From Bacilli bacterium (GTDB lineage: Bacteria > Bacillota_I > Bacilli_A > RF39 > UBA660), in NCBI GenBank assembly GCA_017484205.1, contig JAFUTO010000002.1:16334-80333 (forward strand): a DNA stretch of 64,000 bases, written 5' to 3'. The notes under the pieces are model-generated. The model worked only from the letters and a program-made list of their open reading frames with translations, had not been told where the DNA came from and searched no databases. The position numbers and the translations under genes are program-made. Shown piece by piece: positions 17,787 to 28,400 of the stretch (position 1 is the stretch's first letter; the number at the start of each line of letters is the position of its first letter).

Positions 17787-19289
17787 GTGAAATTGGGGTT
17801 TAGAAGATTAATTATTGTTATATTTAGTTTCTTATTACAAATATCTTTTTCACTATATATATATTTATATGTGGGTGAACATATGGAAATTATTAAAGCG
17901 TTATATATTACAATAAGTATCGTAATTGTTTTAGGTATAATTAAAAGAAGCAAAAATTTATCGTATCACCTACCTTGGATAATTCTTATAATGATATCAC
18001 CAATATTTGGAGGTTTATTATACATTACAATAGGTATTAACTTAAGAAGAAATAAGGCGTTTAGTAAGATTACTAAAAACACTATAAAGGAAAAGAAATA
18101 TTTAGTTCAAGATGAAAATATTGCTTTAGAAATAGAAAAAAGAAGAAAAAGTAAACTAAAATATTTATATGATTATTGTAAATATCTAGTAACTAAAAAT
18201 AATAATTTGAAATATTATGCTTCTGGTGAAGTAGCTTATGAAGATATACTTAAAGATTTAAAAAAAGCTAAAAAATATATTTTTATGGAATATTTTATTA
18301 TAAATGAAGGCATAATGTGGAATAGTATTTTAGAAATATTAGAAGAAAAAGCTAGTTCTGGTGTAGAAGTTAGAGTAATGTATGATGATATGGGTTGTAT
18401 TCATACATTACCTAATGATTATCCTAAAATATTAGGAGAAAAAGGAATTAAATGTGTCGCGTTTAATCCTGTAAAACCATTCTTAGGAATATTTATGAAT
18501 AATAGGGATCATAGAAAGATTTTAGTTATTGATGGTGAAATTGCTTATACAGGTGGTATTAATATATCTGATGAATATATAAATAAAGTTAAAAGATTTG
18601 GATATTGGAAAGATAATGCGATTAGAGTTATTGGAGATGCTGTGTGGAGTTACACTGTAATGTTTTTAACAATGTGGAATTCATATAGTAAAGATGATAA
18701 AGATTATACTATATATAAACACGAGTTTGATAACATTGAAGAAAATGGATATACAGTTCCATATGGAGATACGCCTTTAGATGATGAAGTAACTGGCGAA
18801 GATGTTTATTTAAATATAATTAATCAAGCAAAGAAATACATATATATTTATACTCCGTATTTAATAATTGATAATAATATGCAGAATGCTTTAACACTTG
18901 CGTCTAAAAGAGGTGTTGATATAAGAATAATAGTACCTGGTATACCAGATAAGAAAGTGATTTATTCACTTACACAATCTTATTTTGCTCCTTTAGCAGC
19001 AGCTGGAGTTAAAATATACAAATATACACCTGGTTTTGTACATTCTAAAGTATTTGTATCTGATGATAAAGTCGCAACAGTAGGAACAATTAATATGGAT
19101 TATAGAAGTCTATATCTTCATTTTGAATGTGGTTTATATATGGAAGAAGTAGATGTTATTAAATATATCAAAAAAGATTTATGTGATGCGATTGATAGAT
19201 CACATTTGTTAACTAAAAAGGAAGCTAATCCTAGTATTATAAAAGCAATATGGCAATCAATACTTAGATTATTTGCACCTTTATTATAA
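17787..19289 (+). CDS. cls: Cardiolipin synthase
   Basis: Two HKD motifs (HRKILVIDGEIAYTGGINISDEY; HSKVFVSDDKVATVGTINMDYRS) and N-terminal TM helices; a GTG start is assumed, and the alternative ATG (MEIIKALY) at 17883 is also possible. Confidence 0.8.
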   Translation: MKLGFRRLIIVIFSFLLQISFSLYIYLYVGEHMEIIKALYITISIVIVLGIIKRSKNLSYHLPWIILIMISPIFGGLLYITIGINLRRNKAFSKITKNTIKEKKYLVQDENIALEIEKRRKSKLKYLYDYCKYLVTKNNNLKYYASGEVAYEDILKDLKKAKKYIFMEYFIINEGIMWNSILEILEEKASSGVEVRVMYDDMGCIHTLPNDYPKILGEKGIKCVAFNPVKPFLGIFMNNRDHRKILVIDGEIAYTGGINISDEYINKVKRFGYWKDNAIRVIGDAVWSYTVMFLTMWNSYSKDDKDYTIYKHEFDNIEENGYTVPYGDTPLDDEVTGEDVYLNIINQAKKYIYIYTPYLIIDNNMQNALTLASKRGVDIRIIVPGIPDKKVIYSLTQSYFAPLAAAGVKIYKYTPGFVHSKVFVSDDKVATVGTINMDYRSLYLHFECGLYMEEVDVIKYIKKDLCDAIDRSHLLTKKEANPSIIKAIWQSILRLFAPLL

Positions 19290-19343
19290 TTTTACAATAT
19301 ATAAAAATATGATATAATATTCATTATTCAAGGGGGAATAAAT

Positions 19344-20102
19344 ATGAATATGGAGGATATAGTTCGTCAAATAAATGAAAAAATAAAGGACAATATGGTA
19401 AATATCTCGTTAGGAGAATTAATTGATGCAGAAGATTATCAAAATTACAATTTATTTGATTATTTAAATTTTTACAAAATAAAAAGAATGAGAGAAATGG
19501 GATATATTTCGCCATTCGATGAAAAAGATTTATATAGAGCATATAAAAAATTTAATACTAAATATTTAGAACTTAGAACTTACTATGGAAGAAACGAAGA
19601 TATACTTAGTGAATGCGATGCTGCTGAAGACTATTTAAAATCTTATTCAATAAATCCATTTAAAGGTGAGCCTATAATTAAATTAGAAGATATTGTTGAT
19701 ATGGATATCACACAAAATAGTTATAATCAAATTCCTATTAATGATAATTTTAGTATAGATAAAGGTTTTGCAGAAGAAATAAATAAAAAATTTACAGAAA
19801 TAATTATCCCAAAGGAATTAGGTAATACAACTTTTATAAAAATATATAATTTACTTAAATTAGAAATGCTTGGTGAGAAAAAATATATCGCGACTGATGA
19901 TGTTGCTAGAAGTCAGGATGCATATCTAGAATATATGAATTTAGATGATCGTGATAAAAATATTCGTGAAGAATTATCTATTGATCCATATAATTTAATA
20001 TTTGATGAATTAAATATTGATATTGTTAAATTAACTGATTATTTAATTGAAAGAGATTTTGTTGGTGAGGCAAGAAAGAAAAATCGTTTAGGTAATGTTT
20101 AA
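19344..20102 (+). CDS. Hypothetical protein
   Basis: 252 aa; RBS agggggaa; no recognisable motifs. Confidence 0.5.
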   Translation: MNMEDIVRQINEKIKDNMVNISLGELIDAEDYQNYNLFDYLNFYKIKRMREMGYISPFDEKDLYRAYKKFNTKYLELRTYYGRNEDILSECDAAEDYLKSYSINPFKGEPIIKLEDIVDMDITQNSYNQIPINDNFSIDKGFAEEINKKFTEIIIPKELGNTTFIKIYNLLKLEMLGEKKYIATDDVARSQDAYLEYMNLDDRDKNIREELSIDPYNLIFDELNIDIVKLTDYLIERDFVGEARKKNRLGNV

Positions 20103-20117
20103 GAATCGAGGGATATT

Positions 20118-20729
20118 ATGAAAGAGAATTATCAACTTAGATTAGATGAAATATTAAAAAACTTAGATGAACCTAAGAAATTACTTTTGCATTCTTGTTG
20201 TGCTCCTTGTAGTAGTTATGTAATAGAATATTTATCAAACTATTTTTATATAACGGTTTTATATTATAATCCTAATATAGAACCTATTGAGGAGTACGAA
20301 AAAAGAAAAGCAGAAGAAGTAAGATTTATAAAAGAATTTAAAACTAAATATCCTGTAAATATGATAGATTCAGATTATGATAATTCAAAATATCATGAAG
20401 TAATTAAAGGATTAGAGATGGAACCTGAAGGTGGAGCAAGATGTAGTAAGTGTTTTGTTCTTAGAATGGAAAAAGCTGCTCAAGTGGCAAAAGATAATGA
20501 TTATGACTATTTTGGAACTACATTAACTGTAAGCCCTTATAAAAATAGTCAGATCTTAAATAATATTGGTAAATCTCTAGAAGAAAAATATAATGTAAAA
20601 TATTTATATAGTGATTTTAAAAAAAGAGAAGGTTATAAAAGAAGTATCGAACTTTCAAAAATATACAATTTGTATAGACAACATTATTGTGGATGTTTAT
20701 ATAGCAAAGAAAATGAAGTTAGTGATTAA
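20118..20729 (+). CDS. queH: Epoxyqueuosine reductase QueH (DUF208)
   Basis: HSCCAPCS, CSKCF and CGC cysteine motifs characteristic of the QueH Fe-S enzyme. Confidence 0.75.
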   Translation: MKENYQLRLDEILKNLDEPKKLLLHSCCAPCSSYVIEYLSNYFYITVLYYNPNIEPIEEYEKRKAEEVRFIKEFKTKYPVNMIDSDYDNSKYHEVIKGLEMEPEGGARCSKCFVLRMEKAAQVAKDNDYDYFGTTLTVSPYKNSQILNNIGKSLEEKYNVKYLYSDFKKREGYKRSIELSKIYNLYRQHYCGCLYSKENEVSD

Positions 20730-20800
20730 CTTCTTTTATTTTTTCATATAATTTTCACAAAAATAGTTTAAAATAATGTATAATTGAATTAGGTGATAGT

Positions 20801-21463
20801 ATGAATATATTAGTTGTAGATGATGAAGAATTAATTAGAAGTGTTATAAAAGAATACCTTATTAATGAAAAATATAATGTAATAGAAGCATGTGATGGTG
20901 AAGATGCAATTACTAAAGCTTTAAATAATAATATAGATTTAATAATAATGGATATAATGATGCCTAAAATGGATGGATATAGTAGTATAAAAGAAATATT
21001 TAAAACTAAAAAGATACCAGTTATTATGTTATCTGCCAGAGGCGAAGAATATGACAAATTATTAGGTTTTGATTTAGGTATTGAAGATTATGTAACTAAA
21101 CCTTTTAGTCCAAAGGAATTGGTCGCGAGAGTTAAAGTTATCTTAAAAAGAAATAAGAAAGAAATGGATTTGTTTAAGTATAAGACATTAACAATTGACT
21201 TTAAAGCGCATCAAGTATTTATTAATGATAAAGAAGTTGGTTTAACTCCAAAAGAATATGAATTATTATTATATTTTATTGATAATAAAAATATTGCTTT
21301 ATCAAGAGAACAATTATTAAATAAAGTATGGGGATATGATTTCTTTGGTGATGATAGAACTATAGACACACATATTAAAATGCTTAGAAATAATTTAGGT
21401 GAATATCGCGATATGATAGTAACTGTAAGAGGGGTGGGATATAGATTTGAAATTGATGAATAA
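20801..21463 (+). CDS. OmpR-family response regulator
   Basis: Receiver domain (VVDDEE...D at phospho-acceptor position...IMDIMMP...K) and winged-helix trans_reg_C domain. Confidence 0.85.
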   Translation: MNILVVDDEELIRSVIKEYLINEKYNVIEACDGEDAITKALNNNIDLIIMDIMMPKMDGYSSIKEIFKTKKIPVIMLSARGEEYDKLLGFDLGIEDYVTKPFSPKELVARVKVILKRNKKEMDLFKYKTLTIDFKAHQVFINDKEVGLTPKEYELLLYFIDNKNIALSREQLLNKVWGYDFFGDDRTIDTHIKMLRNNLGEYRDMIVTVRGVGYRFEIDE

Positions 21464-22829
21464 AAATAGAAGTCTAACAGCTAATGTTTGGTCATATTTA
21501 ACTTTATTTTCAATAGCTATTTTAGGCTTTTTATGGCTGTTTCAAATAGTATTTTTGGATAAATATTATGAATATTATAAAACTAAGGATTTAATAAAAG
21601 CTGCTGAATATGTAAATAGTAATTATCAAAATAATGGAATTACTAATATGGATATAATATCTCATGATTATGGTGTATGTGTTGAAATATTTGATACAAA
21701 TAATATTATCTATTCATCTAATATGTTTAGTCGTGGATGCATGTTAGAGAATAGAAACTATATGGATGAATTTATAAATAGTGATTTATCAAGTAAAACA
21801 TATAAATTGGATAATTCTAGATTAGGTAATAAAACCCTTATATATGCGACTAATATAGATGGAGTATATACTTTTGTATCTGCATCACTTCAACCATTAG
21901 ATGCGACTACTAGTATTTTAAAAAGTCAATTTATCACAGTAACTATAATAGTTTTAATTTTATCATTTGTTATTGCGTATTTTATATCAAAAAGAATCGC
22001 GAATCCCATAGTTAAAATAAATGAAGAAGCAAGTAAAATGAGTAAAGGTGAATATGATATTAAATTTGATGAAAATAGTAGTATTGAAGAGATTAATGAA
22101 CTTGCTAGAACACTAAATCATACAAGTGAAGAACTAAATAAAATAGAAGAACTTAGAAGTGATTTGCTTGCTAATGTAAGTCATGATTTAAAGACCCCTT
22201 TAACAATGATAAAGGCTTATGCTGAGATGGTAAGAGATTTAACGTATAAAGATGATTTAAAAAGAACAGATAATTTAAATGTTATTATTGAAGAAAGTGA
22301 TAGATTAAATGTTTTAGTAAATGATATTTTAACTTTAACTAAATTAGAAAATACTGAAACTAAATTAGAAGTAGAAGAATTTGATCTAAATGAACTTATA
22401 AATAGTATTTTAAGAAGATATGATATTTTAGTAAATGAAGGTTATAATTTTGTATATAAGAATAAAAAATCAGTTATAATTAAAGCTGATAAGAAAAGAT
22501 TAGAACAAGTTATATATAATTTAATAAATAATGCGGTTAACTATACCGGAGAAGACAAAACTGTAACTATAAATATTAAGGATAATAAAAATAATTATAG
22601 GGTAGAGGTTATTGATACTGGTAATGGTATTGAAGAAAAAGACTTACCATATATTTGGGATAAATATTATCATTCTAAAAAGAAACATAAAAGAAATGTT
22701 ATAGGAACAGGTGTTGGTTTATCAATTGTTAAAAATATATTAAATAATCATAACTATAAATACGGAGTAGAAAGCAAACTAAATAAAGGATCAAATTTCT
22801 ATTTTGAAATACCAAAAGAGTTGAAATAA
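21447..22829 (+). CDS. Sensor histidine kinase
   Basis: Two TM helices, HisKA H-box SHDLKTPLT, HATPase_c N/G boxes (NLINNAVNYT, GTGVGLSIVK); overlaps the response-regulator gene; TTG versus ATG start is uncertain. Confidence 0.8.
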   Translation: MKLMNKNRSLTANVWSYLTLFSIAILGFLWLFQIVFLDKYYEYYKTKDLIKAAEYVNSNYQNNGITNMDIISHDYGVCVEIFDTNNIIYSSNMFSRGCMLENRNYMDEFINSDLSSKTYKLDNSRLGNKTLIYATNIDGVYTFVSASLQPLDATTSILKSQFITVTIIVLILSFVIAYFISKRIANPIVKINEEASKMSKGEYDIKFDENSSIEEINELARTLNHTSEELNKIEELRSDLLANVSHDLKTPLTMIKAYAEMVRDLTYKDDLKRTDNLNVIIEESDRLNVLVNDILTLTKLENTETKLEVEEFDLNELINSILRRYDILVNEGYNFVYKNKKSVIIKADKKRLEQVIYNLINNAVNYTGEDKTVTINIKDNKNNYRVEVIDTGNGIEEKDLPYIWDKYYHSKKKHKRNVIGTGVGLSIVKNILNNHNYKYGVESKLNKGSNFYFEIPKELK

Positions 22830-22840
22830 TACCTCTTTTT

Positions 22841-22912
22841 TTTGTCGAACTTTGTCGAACAATGTCTAGTTTTGTCGAAGTTATTGAAAAGATGTTGAAA
22901 TAGGTATATATT
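22841..22912 (+). promoter_or_regulatory. Triple direct repeat TTTGTCGAA(c/g) (22841, 22851, 22871) followed by promoter TTGAAA, 17-nt spacer, TATATT (22884-22912)
   Basis: Three 9-10 nt repeats 10 and 20 nt apart immediately upstream of the -35; candidate operator/activator sites for the dinD-like gene. Confidence 0.4.
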
Positions 22913-22938
22913 TGTGACGATAAAAAGGAGAAAAAAGA

Positions 22939-23778
22939 ATGCAAAATAATAAATTGGAAACAATAACAAATTTGTTTCAAGGAAGTGAAATTAGAAGTGT
23001 TTGGGATAGCGATAAAGAAGATTACTATTTTAGTGTAGTAGATGTTATAGGAGTTTTGACGAACGCTAATATACCAAGAAACTATTGGAGTGATTTAAAA
23101 CGAAAATTAAAGGAAGAAGGAAGCGAACTGCACGAAAATATCGTGCAGTTGAAAATGACATCTAGAGATGGCAAAATGAGAAATACAGATGTCTTAGATA
23201 CAGAAGGCATATTTAGGCTTATAGAATCAGTACCATCACCAAAAGCAGAACCATTCAAAGCATGGTTAGCTAAATTAGGTAAAGAAAAAGTAGATGAGGT
23301 GTTTGACCCATCAAAAGGAATAGACCAAATGATTGATTTTTACCTAATGAAAGGTTATGACTTAGATTGGATTAAAGAAAGAGTTAATGCAATTATAGAT
23401 AGGAAGATATTAACTGGTACTTGGAAAGAGTTAGGAATAAATGGAAACAAAGAATATGCTATATTAACAAATGAGATATATAAAGAATGGTCTGGTATGA
23501 CCGCGAAGGAATATAAAAAACATAAAGGGATAAGAAAAGAAAATTTGAGAGATAATATGTCTGACATAGAAATAGCTTTAACTACTTTAGGAGAGATAGC
23601 AACTAAAGAAATAGCTAAGGAACAAAAACCACAAGGATTAAAAGAAAATATGAATGTTGCTAGAAGAGGAGGTCATGCGGCTAAGGTAGCTAGAGAAGAT
23701 ATAGAAAAGAATTTAGGTAAATCTGTCATAACTAAAGATAATAATTTAAATTATCGATATGATGATTTAAAAAAATAA
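22939..23778 (+). CDS. DinD-family (DNA-damage-inducible protein D-like) protein with Bro-N-like N-terminal domain
   Basis: 279 aa; C-terminal KGIRKENLRDNMSDIEIALTTLGEIATKE...ARRGGHAAKVAREDIEKNLG aligns by eye with the E. coli DinD C-terminal region; N-terminus is Bro-N/antirepressor-like. Confidence 0.55.
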   Translation: MQNNKLETITNLFQGSEIRSVWDSDKEDYYFSVVDVIGVLTNANIPRNYWSDLKRKLKEEGSELHENIVQLKMTSRDGKMRNTDVLDTEGIFRLIESVPSPKAEPFKAWLAKLGKEKVDEVFDPSKGIDQMIDFYLMKGYDLDWIKERVNAIIDRKILTGTWKELGINGNKEYAILTNEIYKEWSGMTAKEYKKHKGIRKENLRDNMSDIEIALTTLGEIATKEIAKEQKPQGLKENMNVARRGGHAAKVAREDIEKNLGKSVITKDNNLNYRYDDLKK

Positions 23779-23862
23779 CTTTTAGTGATCAGTTAAAACA
23801 AACAACCTAAAGCAGATGAAAATCTATGCTTAATATGGTATAATTAGATAGGAGATGGTATT

Positions 23863-24789
23863 ATGTTATATTTACTTTATGGTGAGGCATATCAAATAAA
23901 AAAAGAAGTAGATAAAATAATAAAAGATAATAATATTTTAGATATCAACATAAGTAAATATGACTTAGATGCATATAATTATAAGGATGTTTTAGAAGAT
24001 TGCACATCTATTTCTTTGTTTGATGATAAAAAAGCAATTATAGTAAGTAACGCATCTATATTTACATCAGCTAAAACGGGAATAGATATAGAAAAATTTG
24101 AAGAATATATACCTAATTATAATCCTAATGCCATAGTTATCTTTACTTTAGAAGATAAATTGGATGAAAGAAAGAAAACAGTAAAATTAATAAGAAAACA
24201 TGGTGTAGTTAAAGAGTTTAATACTAGTGATAATCCAAATGATATAGTTAAAAGTATGCTAGATGATTATCAAATGGATTTAAAAACAATTAATAGATTT
24301 ATAGAATTGGTTGGAAATGATACTTATAATATCAGTAATGAGTTAGATAAGCTTAAATTATATAAAGGTGAAGATAAGAATATTACAATTGAAGATGTTA
24401 ATAATGTTACTACTAATAATATTGATATAGATTTATTTAAACTTATGGATGCGATTATGGAAAATAAAAAAGAAGATGCGATTGAAAGATACCATAATAT
24501 GCTTTTATATAACACAGAACCAATACAAATTATAATAGCTTTAGCTAACAAATATAGATTGATGTATCAAGTTAAGACTTTATTTAAATTAGGTTATACA
24601 GAAGGGGATATGGCTAAAGAATTAAAACAAAGCCCTAAATATATTTTTGTTTTAAATAAACTATCCAAATCTTATAGCGCATCTTATTTATTAAATGAAA
24701 TAAAAGAATTAGCAAAATTAGATTATGATATTAAAAGTGGAAATATGGAAGATGAATTAGCGTTAGAATTGTATATTTTAAAAAAATGA
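23863..24789 (+). CDS. holA: DNA polymerase III delta subunit
   Basis: 308 aa; typical N-terminus (LYLLYGEAY.I) and delta-subunit length; the call is by overall pattern only. Confidence 0.5.
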   Translation: MLYLLYGEAYQIKKEVDKIIKDNNILDINISKYDLDAYNYKDVLEDCTSISLFDDKKAIIVSNASIFTSAKTGIDIEKFEEYIPNYNPNAIVIFTLEDKLDERKKTVKLIRKHGVVKEFNTSDNPNDIVKSMLDDYQMDLKTINRFIELVGNDTYNISNELDKLKLYKGEDKNITIEDVNNVTTNNIDIDLFKLMDAIMENKKEDAIERYHNMLLYNTEPIQIIIALANKYRLMYQVKTLFKLGYTEGDMAKELKQSPKYIFVLNKLSKSYSASYLLNEIKELAKLDYDIKSGNMEDELALELYILKK

Positions 24790-24843
24790 TTTACAAATTT
24801 AAAAAAAGTATGTATAATTAGTATTATAGGAGTGTGAAGTGTG

Positions 24844-25290
24844 ATGGAAAAAGTAAAGAAATTTTTTACTAATAAGACAACTTTAATTATCTGTTGTGTA
24901 GTTGCTGCTGTTTTAATCGTTCTATTAATTGTTCTTTTAGCTTCAGGCGGACAAGAAAAGAAGTTAGAAAAAGAATTAAAAGAATTAGGAAAGGTATATT
25001 ATGAAGAAGTATACTATGGTTCTTGGGGTGATGATGTTGATGGAAGAACTGAGTTACTTGAAAAATTCGTAACTTTAGGAATTAAAAGCGATTTAAGTAA
25101 TTTAGTAAGAGCAGTAGCAGGTAAAAATGGTCTTGCAAGTGAGGAAGAAATACTAGCTGATTTTGTTAACAGTAAAACTGGTAAACAATGTAATAGAACA
25201 AATACAAAAGTAACTTTCTATCCAAGTGAACCATTTGAAAAAACAGATTATAAAATGGAAGTACAAATTGATTGTGGATTTGAAGAATAA
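24844..25290 (+). CDS. Hypothetical membrane-anchored protein
   Basis: N-terminal TM helix LIICCVVAAVLIVLLIVLLA; RBS aggagtg. Confidence 0.5.
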   Translation: MEKVKKFFTNKTTLIICCVVAAVLIVLLIVLLASGGQEKKLEKELKELGKVYYEEVYYGSWGDDVDGRTELLEKFVTLGIKSDLSNLVRAVAGKNGLASEEEILADFVNSKTGKQCNRTNTKVTFYPSEPFEKTDYKMEVQIDCGFEE

Positions 25291-25355
25291 CATTTAATTG
25301 TTATTCTTTTTATGTATATTAAATGCTAAAAAAACAATTAAAACATTTAAGAAAG

Positions 25356-25384
25356 AAACATGGCTAAAAAACATGTTTTTTTTG
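25356..25384 (+). terminator. Rho-independent terminator
   Basis: aaacatg-gctaaaaaa-catgttt hairpin followed by ttttttt. Confidence 0.5.
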
Positions 25385-25417
25385 TTTCAAAAAATAATAT
25401 TTTTTTAACATAAAATA

Positions 25418-25446
25418 TTGATTAAAAGAGGGAAAAATTGTATAAT
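25418..25446 (+). promoter_or_regulatory. Promoter TTGATT, 17-nt spacer, (tg)TATAAT for the giant gene
   Basis: ttgatt at 25418-25423, tataat at 25441-25446; RBS aggagag at 25464-25470. Confidence 0.45.
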
Positions 25447-25480
25447 GTTATTAGTAGAAAATTAGGAGAGTAGATGTAGT

Positions 25481-28400
25481 ATGAAGAAGTACCGCGGTTT
25501 TTTGTATGTTTTTTTACTATTAGCTATGTTAATGGTTCCTTTTAATGTGGCTGAATCTAACATTCAAAATAAAGTTTTAGCGGATGAAATCATTGACTCA
25601 TCAAAATTATCTAGTTTAGTTGTTACTGGATTTGAAAATAATTTAGATCCAGAATTTAATAGTGAAACAACAACTTATAATTTGTCTCTTCCTTCTAGTA
25701 TTATTGATTTAGATATTGAAACAGAAACTATCAGTAGCGGTGCGGAAGTTTCTGTAAGCGGGAATCTATATTTAAAAAATAATACAGGATCTATAACAAT
25801 TACTGTAACAAATCCAAATGCAACTGCTCCTACTACATATACTATAAACTATACTAAAGAATCTTCAAGTGATACAACAGAATATACATTTACATCTACT
25901 AAAGATGTACAAACATTTACTACTACTAAAACGGGATTATATAAATTTGAATTATGGGGTGCACAAGGTGGACACTTAAGAAATACATACAATAATGGTG
26001 GAGGCTATACTAAAGGTGAAATATACCTTTCTTCTGGCACTGAATTATATGTTTATGTCGGTGAAGCAGGCGCTATTTCAACAACAGGAACATTTAATGG
26101 TGGTGGAGCTGGTGGTATTGGTTCTACTAATGGTTTTTCTGGTGGTGGAGCTACTGATGTTCGTTTAATTAAAGGTACAAATTGGAATGATGCTGATTCT
26201 TTAGCGTCACGTATTATGGTTGCTGGTGGAGGCGGTGGAGCTTCTGGAAATAGTAACTATGATACAGCAGGTGGTAAATCAGCTGCTGGTGGTTTAATTA
26301 GTTATACTGGTGGTTATTATACTGAACATCAAAGTGAATATGTAGTTGATGATGTAACATATTACATATATGGTGGTGCAGCTAACCAAACAAGTGGCGG
26401 AGCTGGTGGTATTAACCATTATTCTGCTACAGGTGATAATGAATCAGGTTCATTTGGTATTGGTGGTAATTCTAACTCTACATCAGGTTCTCGTGGATCT
26501 GGCGGTGGTGGTGGAGGCTACTACGGTGGTGGTGCCGGTGGTGGTACTGGTGAATCAGGATATGGCCAAGGTGGTGGTGGAGGTACATCATATATCTCAG
26601 GTCATGCTGGTTCTATTGCTATTACTGCAGTAGATGATTTAACACCAAGAAATGATTCAAATAATAATATTTGTACTGATGGTACTACTGATGTTAAGTG
26701 TAGTTATCATTATTCAGGATATAAATTTACAAATACTGTTATGATAGATGGTAAAGGATATAACTGGACTACAGAAATAGGTGAACAAGTTGGTACACCT
26801 AAAACAACTGGTACTGGTACTTATAATGGTAATAGAGATGACGGATACGCGAAAATTACACTACTTTCTACAACATCTGATGATAATTATTTAACTAATA
26901 TAACTTCATCTGATGGTACATTTACTCAAACTTTTGATCCATTAACTAGTACATATACTCTTACTTTATCTGCTTATACAGCTAAATTTACATTAGATGG
27001 TACTACATCTGATCCTTATGCATCAGTTCAAGGATTTGGTGAATATAGTATCAATTTAGGAGAAACAAAAAGAATTGATATTCTTGTTACATCAACTTCA
27101 GGAAATACTAAAATATACAAGGTAATCGCTACTAGAAGTGAATCTGAATTAACTACATCTTCTACTAAATTAAAAAGTTTAACTTTTGGTGGTGGTACTT
27201 ATACTTTAGATTTTGAACCTTTAAAATATGAATATGAAATTGATGTTCCTTTAAATACTATTGATTTAAGTGTTGAAGCAGTTACATTTGATGAAGGTGC
27301 GAGTACAAAAGTATCTGGAAATGAATATATGAAAAACTCTACAGGTACTATTAAAGTTGTTGTATCTAAAGACGGTCTAGAAGATACTACGTATAAAATT
27401 AAATATAATAAAACATTACCAGATCCAGATTTAAGTGATTTAACTCAAACATTCTCATATACAGGTAATTATCAAACATTCACTGCACCTTATTCTACAG
27501 AATATAGGATTGAACTTTGGGGAGCTGAAGGTGGATGCTATGAAAATAATGGCTGTGGCCAAGAAGGTGCTTATGTAGCAGGTACTATAACATTATCTAG
27601 AGGAACTAGACTATATGTATATGTAGGTCAAGGTCTTGCTAGCATAAATAATGCTGCATTTAATGCTACAACATCATCAACAGGAGGTGGTAATCCTGGT
27701 GGTGGAGCTACTGACGTTCGTTTAATTCCAGGTACATGGAATGATACTTATTCATTAAATTCAAGAATTATGGTTGCTGGTGGTGGTGGTTCAGGCCAAG
27801 ATGGTGACTGGGGCGGTGCTGCCGGTGGTTTGATCGGATATTCAAGTTCGCGTTCAGGTTATACTAATACTGGTGGAACTCAAACAGGCCCAGGTGTTGG
27901 TCAAGAAAATCCTACTGGATGTGCAACTGGTTCATTTGGTATTGGTTCTACTTGTGGTGCCACTGGTGGTGGTGGCTACTACGGTGGTGGTGGAGCCTCA
28001 CATATTTATGGATCAGGTTCTGGTGGTTCATCATACATCTCAGGACATACTGGTGCCGTTGCGATAACTTCAGAAGTAGATAGAACTCCAAAGGATGGTT
28101 GTACAACAGGTACTACTGATATTGAATGTAGTTATCACTATTCAGGATATACATTCACTGATACTACTATGATAGATGGTCTAGGATATAATTGGACTAA
28201 TGAAGTAGGAGAATATGTAGGTATGCCTACATGGAATGGCGAAAGTACTATGACAGGTAATACTGGTCATGGTTACGCTAAAATAGCTGTAGTTTCATTA
28301 AGTGATGATAACTATTTAACTGATATTTCTACTAATATAGGTACTTGGGATAAAACATTTAACCCTACTACTTACGTATACAATATCAGTTTGGATAAAT

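Noticed and set aside
25465-25476. GGAGAGTAGATGA, resembling the 5' end of THF-riboswitch sequences, near the folate genes glyA/folD
   Set aside because: The motif is the SD/start context of the dockerin genes. It lies 5-10 nt from the start codon, leaving no room for a ~90-nt aptamer, and it is not located upstream of glyA/folD.
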